Origin: Takakia lepidozioides
Lineage: Eukaryota > Plantae > Bryophyta
Length of the DNA stretch: 64,000 nt
Reading direction: 5' to 3'
Assembly (NCBI GenBank): GCA_030704615.1
Contig: CM060731.1
Coordinates: 69,316,001-69,380,000, forward strand
Shown here: piece by piece, positions 35,636-48,999 of the stretch
How positions within the stretch are numbered: the stretch's first letter is position 1
Layout of the letters: each line of letters begins with the position of its first letter
Program-made: the position numbers and the translations under genes
Notes under the pieces: model-generated
The model's input: the letters and a program-made list of their open reading frames with translations, nothing else
Told to the model about the DNA's origin: nothing
The model's database searches: none

Positions 35636-38600
35636 TCATAGCAGAGCTGGTGTGGGGGAAGGTCCGTCCAAACCAGGAACCTGTGGTGGGGGCCCCAACT
35701 TGCCACTTTCATCATCCTCAGGTTGGGATTCTGTTTCTTGTTTTCTCTCTCTAGAAGGCTCAAATCCCAGCTTGAACTTGTCATAGTTGGACAACTCTGC
35801 GCTCTTAAACGGCCTTTCACCTAAAATCACTGTCAAATCGTCTTGATGCAATACTTCCTTCTCCAGCAGCCTCAATGCAAGGGCCTCAAGTCCAGCCCGG
35901 TGCTCCGTGACCAAGGCAAGAGTTCTTTCGTAGGCCAGATTAATCCAATCCCGCACTTCTTTGTCGATAATTTCCCCTGTCCCGTTGCTATAGGGCTTTA
36001 TCATCTCAAGGCCATCATCTCTTTGAGGAAAGGACAGGAGACCCACTTTCTCACTGAACCCATAGAGTGCAACTTGGGCATATGTCATCTTGGTCACCTT
36101 TTCCAAATCGTTTTGTGCACCTGTTGAAATCTTGCCTAACAAAACCTGTTGACCATGTTGTGCACTCGTTAGGGAAGTAACACCATAAAACTTTGGGAGA
36201 AACAATACCATCCTCTTTTGATTTGTAAGTGCTATGCTAGCATGTAATCAGCAGCAATTCCACATGCCCATCACAGCAGGTGGAAAGGAGGTAAAGGAGG
36301 GAGTGGCCAGTCGTCCATTCACGTGGGCTTCTGTTGGGCGAGGCTGACTGTTAAACATTTCCCCTTTTCTTACACACCTGGGCTTTAACAAAGGCCGATA
36401 TTTGGGTAAATCCAGCCCAGGTTTGAATGATCACAATTCTGCTGGCTAAAAGTGTCGTGACTACAAGACTCCCTATGAAAAAGCACAGAAAATCAAAGTG
36501 GTGATGGTGGAACAAGTATTTGCAGAATTTTATCCAGGTGAGTATTACCCCTCTTCAGTCCTAGAGCACAGACGGGGCAGAAACAAGAAACTAACCACCC
36601 ATAAAAAAATTTCACCTGCTCAGCTGCACGCCCACCAAGGCACATGCAAGTCATGTCTAGCAGTTGTTCCTTCGTCATCAGCAGATTCTCATTTGGTAAG
36701 TACTGTGCAAACCCCAATGCTGCAGTGCCGCGTGGTACAATTGACACTTTCAGTAATGGCTCGGCATGCTCCAGGAACCAGCCTGTCACAGCATGGCCTG
36801 CCTCATGGTATGCCACTGTCCGCCTCTCCTCTTTGCTTATCACCTGGTAACAGAACATAGTGTTTGTGAGAGGATGATAAGAGAGTGAAGGCAGTATAAA
36901 TGACAAAATCGAAGGAGGACACCGGCCAGAGCTACCCTAACATAGAATGCCTCCTTGACCCTCGGCTACCGCCTTCTTTTGGGAGGTAGGAAATAGGCAC
37001 TTTGTAAACCCACCTTACAGTGCGACTCACTGGGTGACTTTACCAGTGTAAAGTCACCTCCAACATAGGCTATGTTGATCCCCTAGTGTGGCCACAGCAG
37101 CCCAACACCACTGGGTGGTCTAGTGGAAGTTAGGATAAGAAGAGAATTAGGGGGCTGCCTACAGAGACTGGCTCCACTCATTGATGAATACCCTCACTGT
37201 AGCAAGGGTGAGGAAAAAGGATAAGTCATCACAGTGCAATTAAGGGAGTGAAAGGGACACAAACACTAGAAGCTGAAAGTAAGAGAAACTCTATTTGGAG
37301 AGAGATTGTACTCATAAGACGTTGTTTGCCGTAGCCTTGTGGCCATTGACCCCGCGCCCAGTTTGAGCGGGAACAAAAGGGACAGAACCTACCTCTGTCA
37401 GGGGCTGACGTTGGTAGTAAGACTTACCTCCATATAAAGAATTAATCCGGGTTTTCCAGATATCCTCTAGAAATCCCTTCACACAAGCATCAATCTGCTG
37501 TGTGTGATTTGCCCAAAAACTAGGCCTCAGGAGGGCCTGGGCTTTTGGCTCAGCCTCGAGACTTTCAAAGTTGGTAAACAGGGGTACAGGCACAATTCCC
37601 TTAATAGATTTGAAGAGAGCGTCTCTTTGGTGAGAGAACCCCGGACAGTGTATCAGAAAATGAATACTGTCTTCAGATTGCCCACACAACGGGCAATTGC
37701 ACTCTCCCTTTCCTCTCTGCTTCTGTTTGCTGTTCAAAGGTAGGCTTCCTGCCCTGAGTTTAAATTTCAGTCTAGTGCCGAGAGTGGGTAGACCACTATT
37801 TGGAGAGAGAGAGAGAGAGACACACACACACACACACACAGAGTTTAGGTACCCACCCTCTTCTTCTTCTCAAGGCCACCAATAATTCGATCAATAGCTG
37901 ACTCAAAATGCTCCATCGTAATTTCTGTCTTCTCATTCCTTGCAGCTATCAATGCAGCTTCATTACACACGTTGGCAATATCAGCACCTGCAAACCCAGG
38001 TGTCAGAGCTGCCATTCGTTGAGAATAATATGAAGGCTCCTGGTCAAGTGACAACTTTCTGAGATAGATCCTGAAGATTTGCTCCCGGCCATTAATATCA
38101 GGCCGATCGATTGAAATCTGACGGTCGAAACGGCCCGGCCGCAGCAGCGCCTTGTCCAGTATGTCAGGTCTGTTAGTTCCACCAAGGACCACCACACCAG
38201 TAGTGGTCCCAAATCCATCCATTTCCACCAGCAGCTGATTGAGTGTGCTCTCTCTCTCATCATTGGCTCCTGCAAAACCACCCTTCCCTCTTGCCCGGCC
38301 AATTGCATCAATTTCATCAATGAAAATTATACTGGGACTTGTTTGCCTTGCTTGAGCAAACAAGTCTCGGACGCGAGAAGGGCCAACCCCCACAAACATC
38401 TCCATGAAATCTGACCCGCTGATGGACAGGAACGGTACCCCTGCCTCCCCAGCAGTGGCCTTGGCAAGAAGCGTTTTGCCAGTGCCAGGTGGACCAACAA
38501 GGAGGGCTCCTTTTGGAATTTTAGCGCCGAGCTCTTGGTACTTTTTAGGATTCTTCAGGAAGTGCACAAACTCCATGATCTCTTGCTTTGCCTCATCGCA

Positions 38601-41600
38601 ACCTGCTACATCTTTGAACATCACCTGTGTTTACAAGTTTATGATATTAACCTCCTTACTCAGCATCTGTGCATACATCTCTCTATCCCATTGCTTCTCC
38701 TCTCCCTTTTCACATTCCAGAATGCAACATCTTCTGAACCGTCTGCCTTCTTTCAGTCTCTCTTACTACAAAACTATCCCTTTGGGAATTGCTGTATGAC
38801 TGGTAATGTAACTGTAGCCACCTGTCACATTTATGTAAGTTCCATAGAGGTTTTTTAGTATCATACCTAGTATCATAACAACACTGAATAAGAGAGATTC
38901 ACTACTGATGATGAAAGCCCCACGCCTGGTGGTCAGAGGTTTTCGAAACCGCAGTGACTGATGTCAACAGTAGTCATGGCCAGGCAAACGTCTTATGGGT
39001 ACATTCTCTTATCTCTCTCCCCCCCCCCCCCCCTGACAAAGGTAGTTTCCGTCCCTTGGTGTTCCGCTCAAACTGGGCACGGGGTCAATGGCCACAAGGC
39101 TGTATGGCATACAACATCTTATGACTACATTCTCCCTGCCCCACCCCCTCGTGCTTATATCATGGTATGTCCCACTACTGGATTGAGCCCCTCACAAAGG
39201 CAGTCTGTTTTCCCCTGTCTGCCCAAACTGGGTGCAGGGTCTATGGCCACAAGGCTGCGGCAAACGACATCTCATGAGTACATTCTCCTCCCCCTCTGGC
39301 CTTCCCATGACCAAGTAAACTAATTATTTTCTTCTTCTTCCGCTCTCCCTTTCTGCCGTAAACCACATGAAAACACTGAAGAAATTCTTCACCTAACCCA
39401 ACAACAATACCAACCTTGTCTTTGGCATTCTTGCTCAGCTTGGTCACTTGAGCCTTGCCCACATTAAAGATGCTGCGCCCAATGCCTCCAGATCCGCCTC
39501 CCATTCCAACCCCTCCTTGCATGCGCCGTGAAAAGTAAATATACCCTCCAATCAACAGAAGGGTAGGGGCCAATCGCAGCAGCTCTTGCTGCCAGCTCAG
39601 CTGTGTCACATAAGTGACAGGGACATAGTCATGCGGGTGTACCCCTAATGTGTCCTGAGCATCTTCCAGCTTGCGCTCAAAAGAGTCCACACTCCCAATA
39701 TTGAAGGAGTACTTGTACTGGCTTGGCCCCTGGTAAACTTCAGGGCGCACTTCATCCAGTTCCCCCTCACTCTCTTGGGAAGAAGACTTGGTGGGACTTG
39801 AATAAACATACACCTTAGCTAGGTTTTTGTTTACCACTTCTATGCGATCCACCAAGCCCGGCTCCAGAAGCTTGTTCTGAAACTCCTGGAAACTGATCTG
39901 CATGAAAACAGTATACAATTCGATTGACTCCCAGACTGGAGGGAGGGAAGCAAATGAAGGAGAGGATCTTCCTCAGACATAATGCAGAAGCTCATAAAAA
40001 CGTTCACCACCGAGCCAGAGCTATTCAGTGCCAGAAATCAACTCGTAACCCTAAAGAGACCAAGTTTTATATAGCACCACTGAAGAATTAAGGTACCTGC
40101 TGGGCATCACTTCGACCAATGGATAGAGTCATGAGAAGTGCAATTGCAGCAGCACCTGTTACTGCCAGTGACTGCAAATTGATTGGAATCTCTGCATACC
40201 AATAAGTTGTCTTTTGCTCCTCAGGTTTTGCATCCTCTGCCAAGAGACACGTGCTCACGCAATCAGTCTAACAAGTCAATTTTTCAAAGCACAAAAACCA
40301 CAATACATCTCCTTCTATCACTGTGAGATTCCTCAAAAGGATTATCGAAAACTTTCCCCTTTTGGCCACTTCCATCAACCAGCTCCAGCCAAAACATCCC
40401 AAGTCTCCCAATGAACTGTCACAGAGCACCTAAAGAAGACAACCATCAAGATACTCAGTCATTCCAACTCCTCTTAACATTCTACGTGACCCCTCTAACT
40501 TTGACCGACCATGCCTATCAACCTCTCTGTATGATCTGGAGCTGATGGCAGCCAGAAAAGCTATGCTCTACATGCAACTGCACAAGGCATGAAGGATTGA
40601 GATAAAACAGACAAAGGTATAACCTCACATACCGCTCTTGGGCTCTGATTTCTGCTCATTGCGGCCCTTGGGCATTTCTTTCTTGTTCTTCGGATAAAAA
40701 TTCCCAAACCCTGCACACAAAATAAATCCGTTGTGCAAATCAGCTACACTAGATTATCTCACCACTTGTTGGAAATACAACTTTGCTCTGTTAAAAAAAT
40801 TGCGAGAACTGAAGATACAAGAAAGGTTCAGGCTCAAACTACACACCATCAAGAGAACTGAAGGTCTAGACTCACTGAGAACCACATCTGTAACATGACC
40901 TGGCCAACCCATCATGACATGCTCACTAACTCCATAGACATGTATGCACAGTGCCTAAATTGCACTGTACACATGAAAATTGGTGTGGATTCGACTGTGA
41001 ATTCAACAAATGCAGACCAACAGCAGGTGTTTCTGTTAGCCAATAAACCTATACAGCCATAACTGCAGTTTGCAAGAGTAGAATGTGATGTGGTTGCAAA
41101 CAAACATATACTATAAGGTCGCTAACTAGTGAGCTGCTCTGTTTTCCATTGAGATGTGCTCACCTTTTTTTGACCGGTTCTCACTGGAGAAGGTTCTCTG
41201 GGACCCTGCTTTCTGGACCAATGCCCTTCGCACGCTGGAGCTCTGACGGATGATCCTCGACACCTCATGACTATGAATTAATCTTTTTGATAAACCAAAC
41301 TTTTCTAACCCTGCTCTCCCATCAAATGGGCCCGAAATGCCAGGCCTGAGAAACCCTAAGCTATGTAACAATCGCCTTGATGCAGTTTGTACTTGGTTGC
41401 CCGTTGACGACAGCCAGCGTATCTGTCCTAAACTATTGGCGTTCTTGTGCACATGTGAGCCTACCAATGTTGTTGGATTGATCAAAGCCACCTGCAAACA
41501 GCAGCGATACAGGCAAAGGGACAGAGTAAAAATGCATGAATTCTTCGGAGCACTTATTCAAGCCTTCAAAGTCTCTAACAGATGTGAAATCATGACCGTA

Positions 41601-41893
41601 AACTTCCTGAGCCCAATATAAGAAAACCGGCAGACTTCGAAATGAAAAAAACTGCCTTCACAATTGTACCATCGGTGTCCAGAAACAACACCAGAAAATC
41701 CTCAACTTCCCCACCACACATGAGTTTGGTATAATTCCAAGCTAAACAGGTCAGGTTGCCTCTGTTCGACGAAAGTAAATACGTTAGGATTAGGGTTTCG
41801 CAGACGCAGAAAGAGAGGCAGAGTGGAAAGCAGACAACTTACAAGATTGCGCCGGAGCCGGCGAGCCACGGCAGCTGACCGCTGCGATGACAT
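35636..41893 (-). CDS. FTSH3/FTSH10: Mitochondrial m-AAA ATP-dependent zinc metalloprotease, FtsH3/FtsH10 (AFG3-like), 8 exons, 861 aa
   Basis: Exons 41893-41843, 41491-41164, 40710-40633, 40236-40097, 39897-39415, 38624-37857, 36843-36616, 36145-35636 sum to 2586 nt in frame. Walker A GPPGTGKT, Walker [36 protein letters not shown] and ISFQEF motifs. Confidence 0.97.
36915..37213 (-). other. Hairpin-rich intronic insert, probably a retroposon 3' part related to 20624-20708
   Basis: Inverted repeats GTGACTTTAC-CAGT-GTAAAGTCAC, CAACATAG-G-CTATGTTG, CCACTGG..CTAGTGG, CCTCAC..GTGAGG. Minus-strand end ..GCGGTAGCC..CTGGCCGGTGTCCTCC resembles ..GCAGTAGCC..TCGGCCGGCGTCTTCTC. Confidence 0.5.
37306..37795 (-). 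mobile_element. Young 5'-truncated LINE copy in FtsH intron with 15-bp TSD
   Basis: Near-identical to 51120-51605; open frame with [16 protein letters not shown]; TSD CTATTTGGAGAGAGA at 37291-37305 and 37796-37810, adjacent to (GA)n(CA)n. Confidence 0.93.
38980..39290 (+). mobile_element. Stack of three very short LINE 3' ends in FtsH intron
   Basis: Termini GTCTTATGGGTACATTCTC (~39008), TCTTATGACTACATTCTC (~39134), TCTCATGAGTACATTCTC (~39287). Confidence 0.85.
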
Positions 41894-42321
41894 GAGAACA
41901 CACTTGCTCTTTACCAATCCTCCACTCCCCCCTCTCTACCTCCCTTCTAGTCCCAAACCCCTCTTTCTTCCTTCACAGCACAACTTACCCCGCCTCTCTT
42001 GATCAAACTCATTACTCAGAGCTCATAACTCTGGCCCACGTCAGTTCACTCTTTCCCCTCCTCTCCTAAGCTCTTTGCCCATCACCGACCTTTCATTCTC
42101 TCTCACACACACAGAGCAAGATGTATATACGAGGAAGGAGCAAACCGAGCACAGGATGGATGAACAGTGGATGTAGCCGTTTCTGTTACCGGATTTCTTA
42201 AATAGCTTAAATGTATTCAAGGATGGTTTTGCTGTACATACAACAGACTTGGTTTTCATCCCGTCTTTAGTGTGAGACGGCGCATTAGTAGGCCGTCACC
42301 CTGTCACGCGAGCTGGACAAC

Positions 42322-45300
42322 CGATAGTTTGGAAGCCTCGCACCTACAGTTTGTGGTGCTGAAGAACTTGGCGGGGGAGGTCGATAGCATGCGAGTGAAG
42401 GAGACACAGAAGCCGATGGAGGAGATTCCGGAGGTTGAACAAGGCGAGGTTGAGAGATGCAACATGTCGGATAATGATGGGGAAGCCCAAAGGAAAAAAG
42501 TTGAAGATCTTGAAGAGAAACTAGCGGACTTGCAGTCCAAATATGAGTCTCTAGAAGTTTTTTAACCTGACGGTAAAGGAGCGGACAGCAAATATCGAAC
42601 TTCAAGAGGCCAGGAAGGCAGCCATTGCGGTTACCTGTTGCCTCCCACTTTCTTATTCCACCTTTCTTCTTCATTCAGTGACACACAATTTGATGTTTGC
42701 AACTGTTCTCATGAAATCGGCCTCTAAAACCGCCGCTTCTCTCAGTTTGAGATGCTTCAACCACTACCAAATGCTGTGGCCCTCGGGCACATTTCCCATC
42801 AAATCCATGCAGGATAAAATGCGTTCTGAAAGGTCAGAATCATCTTAAATTAGTAGTTAAGTCCCACTACCTCAGTGAGCTTTTCCAGTAGCCCTTCCTC
42901 CCTTGTGTTCCTTTCCCCATCCTCACCCCCTTCATGTTTGAAGGGTCAAACCTCAATGAGAGGGAAATTGTCGCAAAATGGAATGGCGGTAGCCCTTGGT
43001 GTCAGAAGAATGTTCTTGTGTGGCCACAATAACATGAGCTTTGTGTTTCCTAGCTCTCAGACAGCGTTCTATGTTTTGTTGTCTCTTACATGTAAAGGTT
43101 TGGGATCTCAAATCTGTTGCCGACATGATGGAAGAGAAGGAGAGGATCAACAGCCAGCTTGTTCAGAATTTGGTAGAATCCGTGGGGAGGAAAAACGATC
43201 GTTTGGAAGCCTCGCATGAACAGTTTGTGGTGCTGAAGAACATCGTGGCGGAGGTCAATAACATGCGCGTGAAGGCCGAAGATGATATGCGCCAAATGGA
43301 GGAGAGACACAAGCAAGGTGTGCCTCTTCTATCGAAGAGTTTGTGTGACAAACAGTGAACCTGTGTATTTGTCATTTCGGGATCAGGGGTGGTGGTTTGT
43401 GAATGGACATGTAATCTGGACTTGGTATAGAAAGTCGTTTGTTCAGATGCTTAGGTCAGTTGTGTTATGGTTAAGCAGCTGAGTTTCCAAGCTGAGTTGA
43501 AGAGTATACGTCACTTGTCACATCATATGCAAACACTCCCTCTCCTGCCTTCACTCATTTCCCAGGCCCTTGATGGAAGAGTTTGGAGTTTGAAGTCTGT
43601 TGGTATTATTTTAAATAATGTATCATTTGATCAAATGTCGCACCTTACCTATTTTGACTTAAGTAGCCAGGGAAAAAGTAACCTTTGTGGTGTGCTAGTC
43701 TCTTCATACAGTCCTTGAAGAACTTCAAACCAAGGCACACAGGGATGCTGATGCTGAGCAACTCCAACAGTGCTAGCTCTCAGACAACGTTCTACATTTT
43801 GTTGTCTCTTACATGTAAACGCCGTCGGATATCTAAGCCCATGGATAGAATGTGCGTGCCTTCGGTTACTTCACTGAACATACTTTGGATAATCATATGA
43901 CAGGCAAGAAGACAACTGGAGGAAGTGAGCAAACAGGCAAAAATGCATGCAGCAAGGCAGTATACCCAGCAAGAGAAGCAAAAGATGCTGATAAGAAAGC
44001 TCAAGGTCTGCCTCTCTCTGCCACTTGAACCCTTTGGGCATCCTTGGGATGTGATAAATTTCGCGCATTGCACACATCATTTCCAGGAGTTGTGTAGGTT
44101 TGTTCCAAGTGATTCTACTTTGTCCATCGGCCATGGGGGGGCTTCTGTTGACATAATGAAGGTTCTCTCTCTCTCTTTCTCTCTCATGGCACTAGACTGA
44201 AAATTTAAACTCTGGGCAGGGAGTTAACCGCTGAACAATAAACAGATGCAGAGAGGAAAGGGAGATTGTGAATGCCCAATGTGTGGAGTCTTGAAGACAA
44301 TATCCATTCTCTGATACAATGTTTGGGGTATTCTCATCAAACCCACTTCAGGACCATCAAGAACATAGCACTACAACTTTGTTTGCTAACTTTCAAAATA
44401 TCAAGACTAAGCCTAAAGCCAGGGCCTTGTTGGGGTCTAATTGCTGGGCAGCTCACTATGACTATGTCGAACCAAAACATCACAGTGATGGATGCGTAGC
44501 ACCTGTAAATACAAGCCAGAAGCAGAGCTTGTTGTGTCAGCTCTTGTGATGGGCTTCAACCCGACCCGTAAGAGAGAGATGTGGGAGCGAGATATGAGGC
44601 AAATGGATGAGCTAATCCACCTTATCTGTTGACGCTGGCTATGTGTACGTTGTTGTAGTCCCCATGCATGGAGCCAGTCATGGATTCAATCCTTTAAACT
44701 ATGAAACTCAGCTGGACATTGGTAAAGCAGTCAAACCCCTCCTCCTTCGCTGACTACTTGCGCAACATGGACCAACTTATGTTGACTCCTGAAATTGAGA
44801 CATGATACCATCAGAATGTATGAGGTTAGTCCTCTCTGGCCCTAACACACATGTCACTGATTTGGCTGCCATTACACTTCCAGCCATGCTATGTCGAGGA
44901 TTGGGTTGATTTTAGCCCTCAGTGATTGAGAGGGAGTGACATGGTGTGGACTTGAGGGAGCAAATTCTGAGCATGTGAATTACATTGCAGAGAAAGAGCA
45001 AGAAGCTCGAGATGGAGGTACAGGAGCAAAAGAAGTTGTTGGCTTTCAAGCAACAGCTAGAACTGGAGGGGCATGTCCAAAGGGAAAAAGTTGCAGATCT
45101 CGAAGAGAAACTAGCTGACTTGCAGTCAGAGTATGAGTCTTCAGAAGCTTTGGTCTCTAACCTGACGGTAAAGGAGCGGGCAGCAAATGACGAACTTCAA
45201 GAGGCCCGAAAGGCAGCCATTATGGTAACCTCCCACTTTCTTCTTGTTCCACCTTGCCACTCCTAGTCTTTGTCAGAAGGCTCCTCTTCATTCAGAGTTT

Positions 45301-46640
45301 GCAACAGTCTCTCACAGCGCATGAAAATGGCCTCTAAAACCGCTGCTTCTCTCAGTTTGAGATGTTTCAACCACTACCAAAAGCTGTGAACCTCGGGCAC
45401 ATTTCCCATCAAATCCATGCAGGATGAAATGCATTCTGAAAGGTCACAATCGACTCATTTTACTACTAAGTCCCACCACCTCAGTGAGCGTTTCATGATG
45501 ACAATAGCCCTTCCTCCCTTGTCACCGCTTCATATTTGAAGGGTCAAAACGAGAGGGAAAATATGGCAAAAAAGGAATGTGTTGTTGAAAGCAGTCACAT
45601 GGTAATATTGGGGGGGGGGTGGTATTTGTTGTCCTTCAGGTTTTGAGGAAATACGGTCCCCTATCTAAATTGGGTATCAAGCTTGCTGGGGAAATGAACA
45701 AGCAGCCTTGGGAAGCTGCCTGTAAGGAAAGGTACAAATATGACAGCGAAGGATGGGAAATGAGAATGGCTACTTCAATCTCCAACTGGGAGCTCCTCTT
45801 GAAAGACCACAATTTCCGGCCGTTGAAGTGTGTGGAAGTCAGACCTGATGTTTTCAAGGTGTGCTTTACTGTGTGTGCCGATGCTTCCCTTTTTGAGTTG
45901 GAGTTCTTTGGACTATATATACCTGTCACTTTGTCGATGTAATAGATAACTATTGCTGGCACTCTCTCCTCTTTCTCTCCTTTTCTTTGTTCCTCTCCCT
46001 TTTTCTCGGACAGTGTGACCAGCACTGCACAGTCACATTTGTCTCCAGCTAGTGGGCTATAGCAGCATAGCTGAAATCAACATCCTACTTGCAGGTATGA
46101 AGTCAATCCAGTGTGTACATCAGTGAGTGATACACTTTTTTATAACCAGCTTTGTCACTGGCTGTTTGGGAAATGATTTTCCCTTTGTACGGTTATTCAA
46201 TAAATCTCACACCTTTGTGGTCGAACCCCAAACCTGCTCCAGGATGGTGGATTAATCCTTCTGATGGACCAAAGCCGTCAAGGGTGTGTCACCAGCATTT
46301 GCAGGGACAGGTCAATAAGTAAATTCTCTCATGGGTGCTGGCACCTTCTGAGTGTTAGATCTTTCTCATCTGCTTTCATTGCCCCCTTAAACCAAGACTT
46401 AGTAAATTCTTTACTGGATTGTGTTTAGAGCTATGAATCTGGGCTGAGTTTTATACCTTATGGTCCCAAATGCGAAACTGACTCCAAAAATGTGGATTGA
46501 TCTTGGAGACTATGCCTCAAGTGTACATCAGAGAAGCATGAGTGGATTATTTCTGTAGGTGTGCTCCCACACTTTGCTCCTTTTAGTTTTCAACTTTTAA
46601 ACCAGGTGCTGGTTCTGTGACGAATTTAACTGAAGCTAGA
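42322..46640 (+). pseudogene. Rearranged partial duplicate(s) of the XS-XH gene (lacks exons 1-2)
   Basis: Exon3/exon6 chimera 42322-42630, then exon 3 part (43100-43317), truncated exon 4, exon 5, exon 6 with an internal deletion (44990-45225), exon 7 (45641-45858) and introns, including the shared LINE fragment at ~44188-44455; exon 8 missing. Confidence 0.92.
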
Positions 46641-46683
46641 GGAAGGTCCTAGTTTTGTTGTACATATTGGTGTGGCTTTGTGT

Positions 46684-46890
46684 GTGAATTCAACAAATGC
46701 AGACCAACAACAGGCGCTTCCCTATGTAGGCAATAAACCTAAGCGGCCACAACTGCAGTTTGCAAGAGTAGAATGTGCTGTGGTTCTTGTGCACATGTGA
46801 GCCTACGGATGTTGTGGGATATCAAATCCACCTGCAAAACAGTCGCGATATTACAGACAAAGGGACAGTAAAATTGCAGGAATTCTTAAA
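46684..46890 (-). pseudogene. Collapsed FtsH remnant
   Basis: Matches ~40996-41095 fused to ~41441-41545 of the intact FtsH gene. Confidence 0.85.
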
Positions 46891-46904
46891 TGTTTTTCTT
46901 AAAT

Positions 46905-48220
46905 GTTTCTCCTCCTTCAAAAGAGAGAAAATATTCAGAGAGATGTCTCCCTTTGCTGGGGGCACATGCATTGATGCACATGACTTCAGGCTATCAATCT
47001 GCAAGTTTGTTGTCTAAGCAGTAAGTCCAGGAGGGAGGGAGGAAGGCGGGGCCACTGTAAAGTACAGCACCCTTGCAGCAATTGATCCCAGCAACGTCAG
47101 TATGGAACTGCCATAGCTCAATTCTATCAGAGCCCACCACATACCATCTGCCTAGATTGAGTTTTACTCCAGCTGGTCCCAGATTGAATATTAACAGTGA
47201 TCGGATAGACCAAGTTGTAAGCCTTCCCGAGGGAGCGTGTCTCATCCAAAACTGCAAACTGTTAAGACTCTTCGAACCTGTTATTCAAAGCAAGTCGCTC
47301 GCTGACGCGAAGAAAAAATTAGGCGAGATGCAAAGCGTGACCCCTGCAATGATGAGAGACACCCCAACAAGTGTTTCCACGCCGCGCATCTTTTCTCCCA
47401 GATTCGTCACCGGCACCGCTATAGTGATGGGGCTATCGCCCAGCTTCATAACGAAGAGAACCGACATCGACAGATTCAAAAGAAAAGGAAGAGAGTACTC
47501 CCAAACGCAAAGTAGATGCAACCACCTTTGCAAGAAACTCCATAACCACGACAAGATGTGGACTTGAGGGCTAGGGCTCGGGTGCGATTCTGTTCTCTTC
47601 CGCTGTTTTGCTTCTGCAATCCGCTTGATCAGCGCAGTTGTGATCCCAACAGTGTCCCAATTGCGTAAAGACCCGGCCAGGATTTTTTAGTTAGAGAGAA
47701 TTTTCACGCCAGGTGAGCATGGCACTTTACGCCGCGTAAGGTTCCTGCTCTTGTGAGCCGTCCGATTTAGATGATCCCAGCCGTCGATGGTAGAGGAAAT
47801 CCTTGGCTGTCTTTACGCCGGGTAAGGCCCCGTCCTGGGGCCTTACCCTATACGTAAGAACCTAGCTAGTGTAGTTTGGGTGGGCTTTAAATAGCATAAA
47901 ATCCTGTTACGCCGTGGAGCCCATGGGCTCGGGCCGTAATCTCAGATTACGGGCAGATAGCCAGGTAATTTTCTTTTCACACAGTCTACATTGCAGTTTT
48001 TACGTGAGTTAAAGTCCTGTAACTCGGGCTTTAATGCGAATCAAGATTCCACGCCCTCGGGGCTATGGAATCTTGAATCGCGTAAAGCCCTCGCTGCAGG
48101 ACTTTACCTAATACTAAAAGCCATGGAACCACAGCCATTTCGGGTGATCGGTACAACTGTACGTAAACGCATGTGGCAAAGACTACAGTCGCAATGCTCA
48201 CATAAACCTCATACTATCTA
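46905..48220 (-). pseudogene. TMEM234 duplicate with deletions and a ~450-bp insertion
   Basis: Matches ~59410-60332; lacks the ATTFAVTAVAGAL segment; interrupted at ~47666-48113. Confidence 0.9.
47666..48110. mobile_element. MITE-like insertion rich in CGTAA/TTACG palindromic motifs
   Basis: Absent from the homologous intact TMEM234; imperfect ends (CGTAAAGACC.. / ..GGACTTTACC followed by TAA). Superfamily uncertain. Confidence 0.55.
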
Positions 48221-48273
48221 CGATGATAAGAAGAATGGTTGCGAAACGCTTTGCAACGAGTATCTAGTTGTCA

Positions 48274-48419
48274 ACACCAGACTGGTATGGTCTTTGCTAA
48301 GCGTACGCGAAGCCTGGCAATGGTATCGCCCTGGGTATGTAGAATTTAGGACCAGGCTGGTCTGGTTCCTGATACCAGGTTTGATACTGGGGTCTGATAC
48401 CCATACCAGACCAACACTG
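48274..48419. mobile_element. Orphan hAT-like terminus
   Basis: Ends ATACCAGACCAACACTG, like the right TIR at 54323-54339; repeated ACCAG/CTGGT subterminal motifs; no left end seen. Confidence 0.5.
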
Positions 48420-48999
48420 GTTAAAGGCTCCAATTACATTTTATTTAGAATTATTCATGGGGTGGATGTATTTTTGAAAAACACGTGTCAAGCAGGGTGT
48501 AAGCATGGTAGAGGTAGGCCAAAAATACTGTCACATAGGAGTTTTCATAGAAATTTTGGTTACCGTCGATCCAGTTCAAAGTAAGTGAAGTTCTCGATCT
48601 GTTTTAATTTTGTATTCCCTACCCAACGTCTCTTTTTTCGTCCCTTGAATCATCATGAGTACCAGCCCCCATGTGTAATATCTAGTAGCTTTGGAGCAAT
48701 GCTGTAATCATCTTTATGTTTTTACCATGATGTAGATGCAGCCAGCCTACTAATTAACACCCAGTTCCACGTAATCGGAATGAATGAGCATAAATAAATG
48801 GAAAATGTCTGTTTGTCGTTCTCTTTTGGAGAAAAGACGCGTATCGCAGAGTTCTTGAGAAATAGACCACCAAAACAGAAAAAAAAACGTGCAACTTCCC
48901 GAATAGTCACGTAGGCTAGTACCCTTCTCATGCTCGGAACTACTCGCATTGAAGGTGCCCAGTCAGATCTTGGCCATATTCTTGTTTTCTCTTGTTTGA

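Noticed and set aside
13809-41893. Functional cluster of organelle genes (PPR, COX7A, FtsH)
   Set aside because: Such genes are common and unrelated genes are interspersed; no evidence of co-regulation.
47991-48584. 197-aa ORF
   Set aside because: Crosses a MITE end, antisense TMEM234 and a hAT-like end; chance frame.
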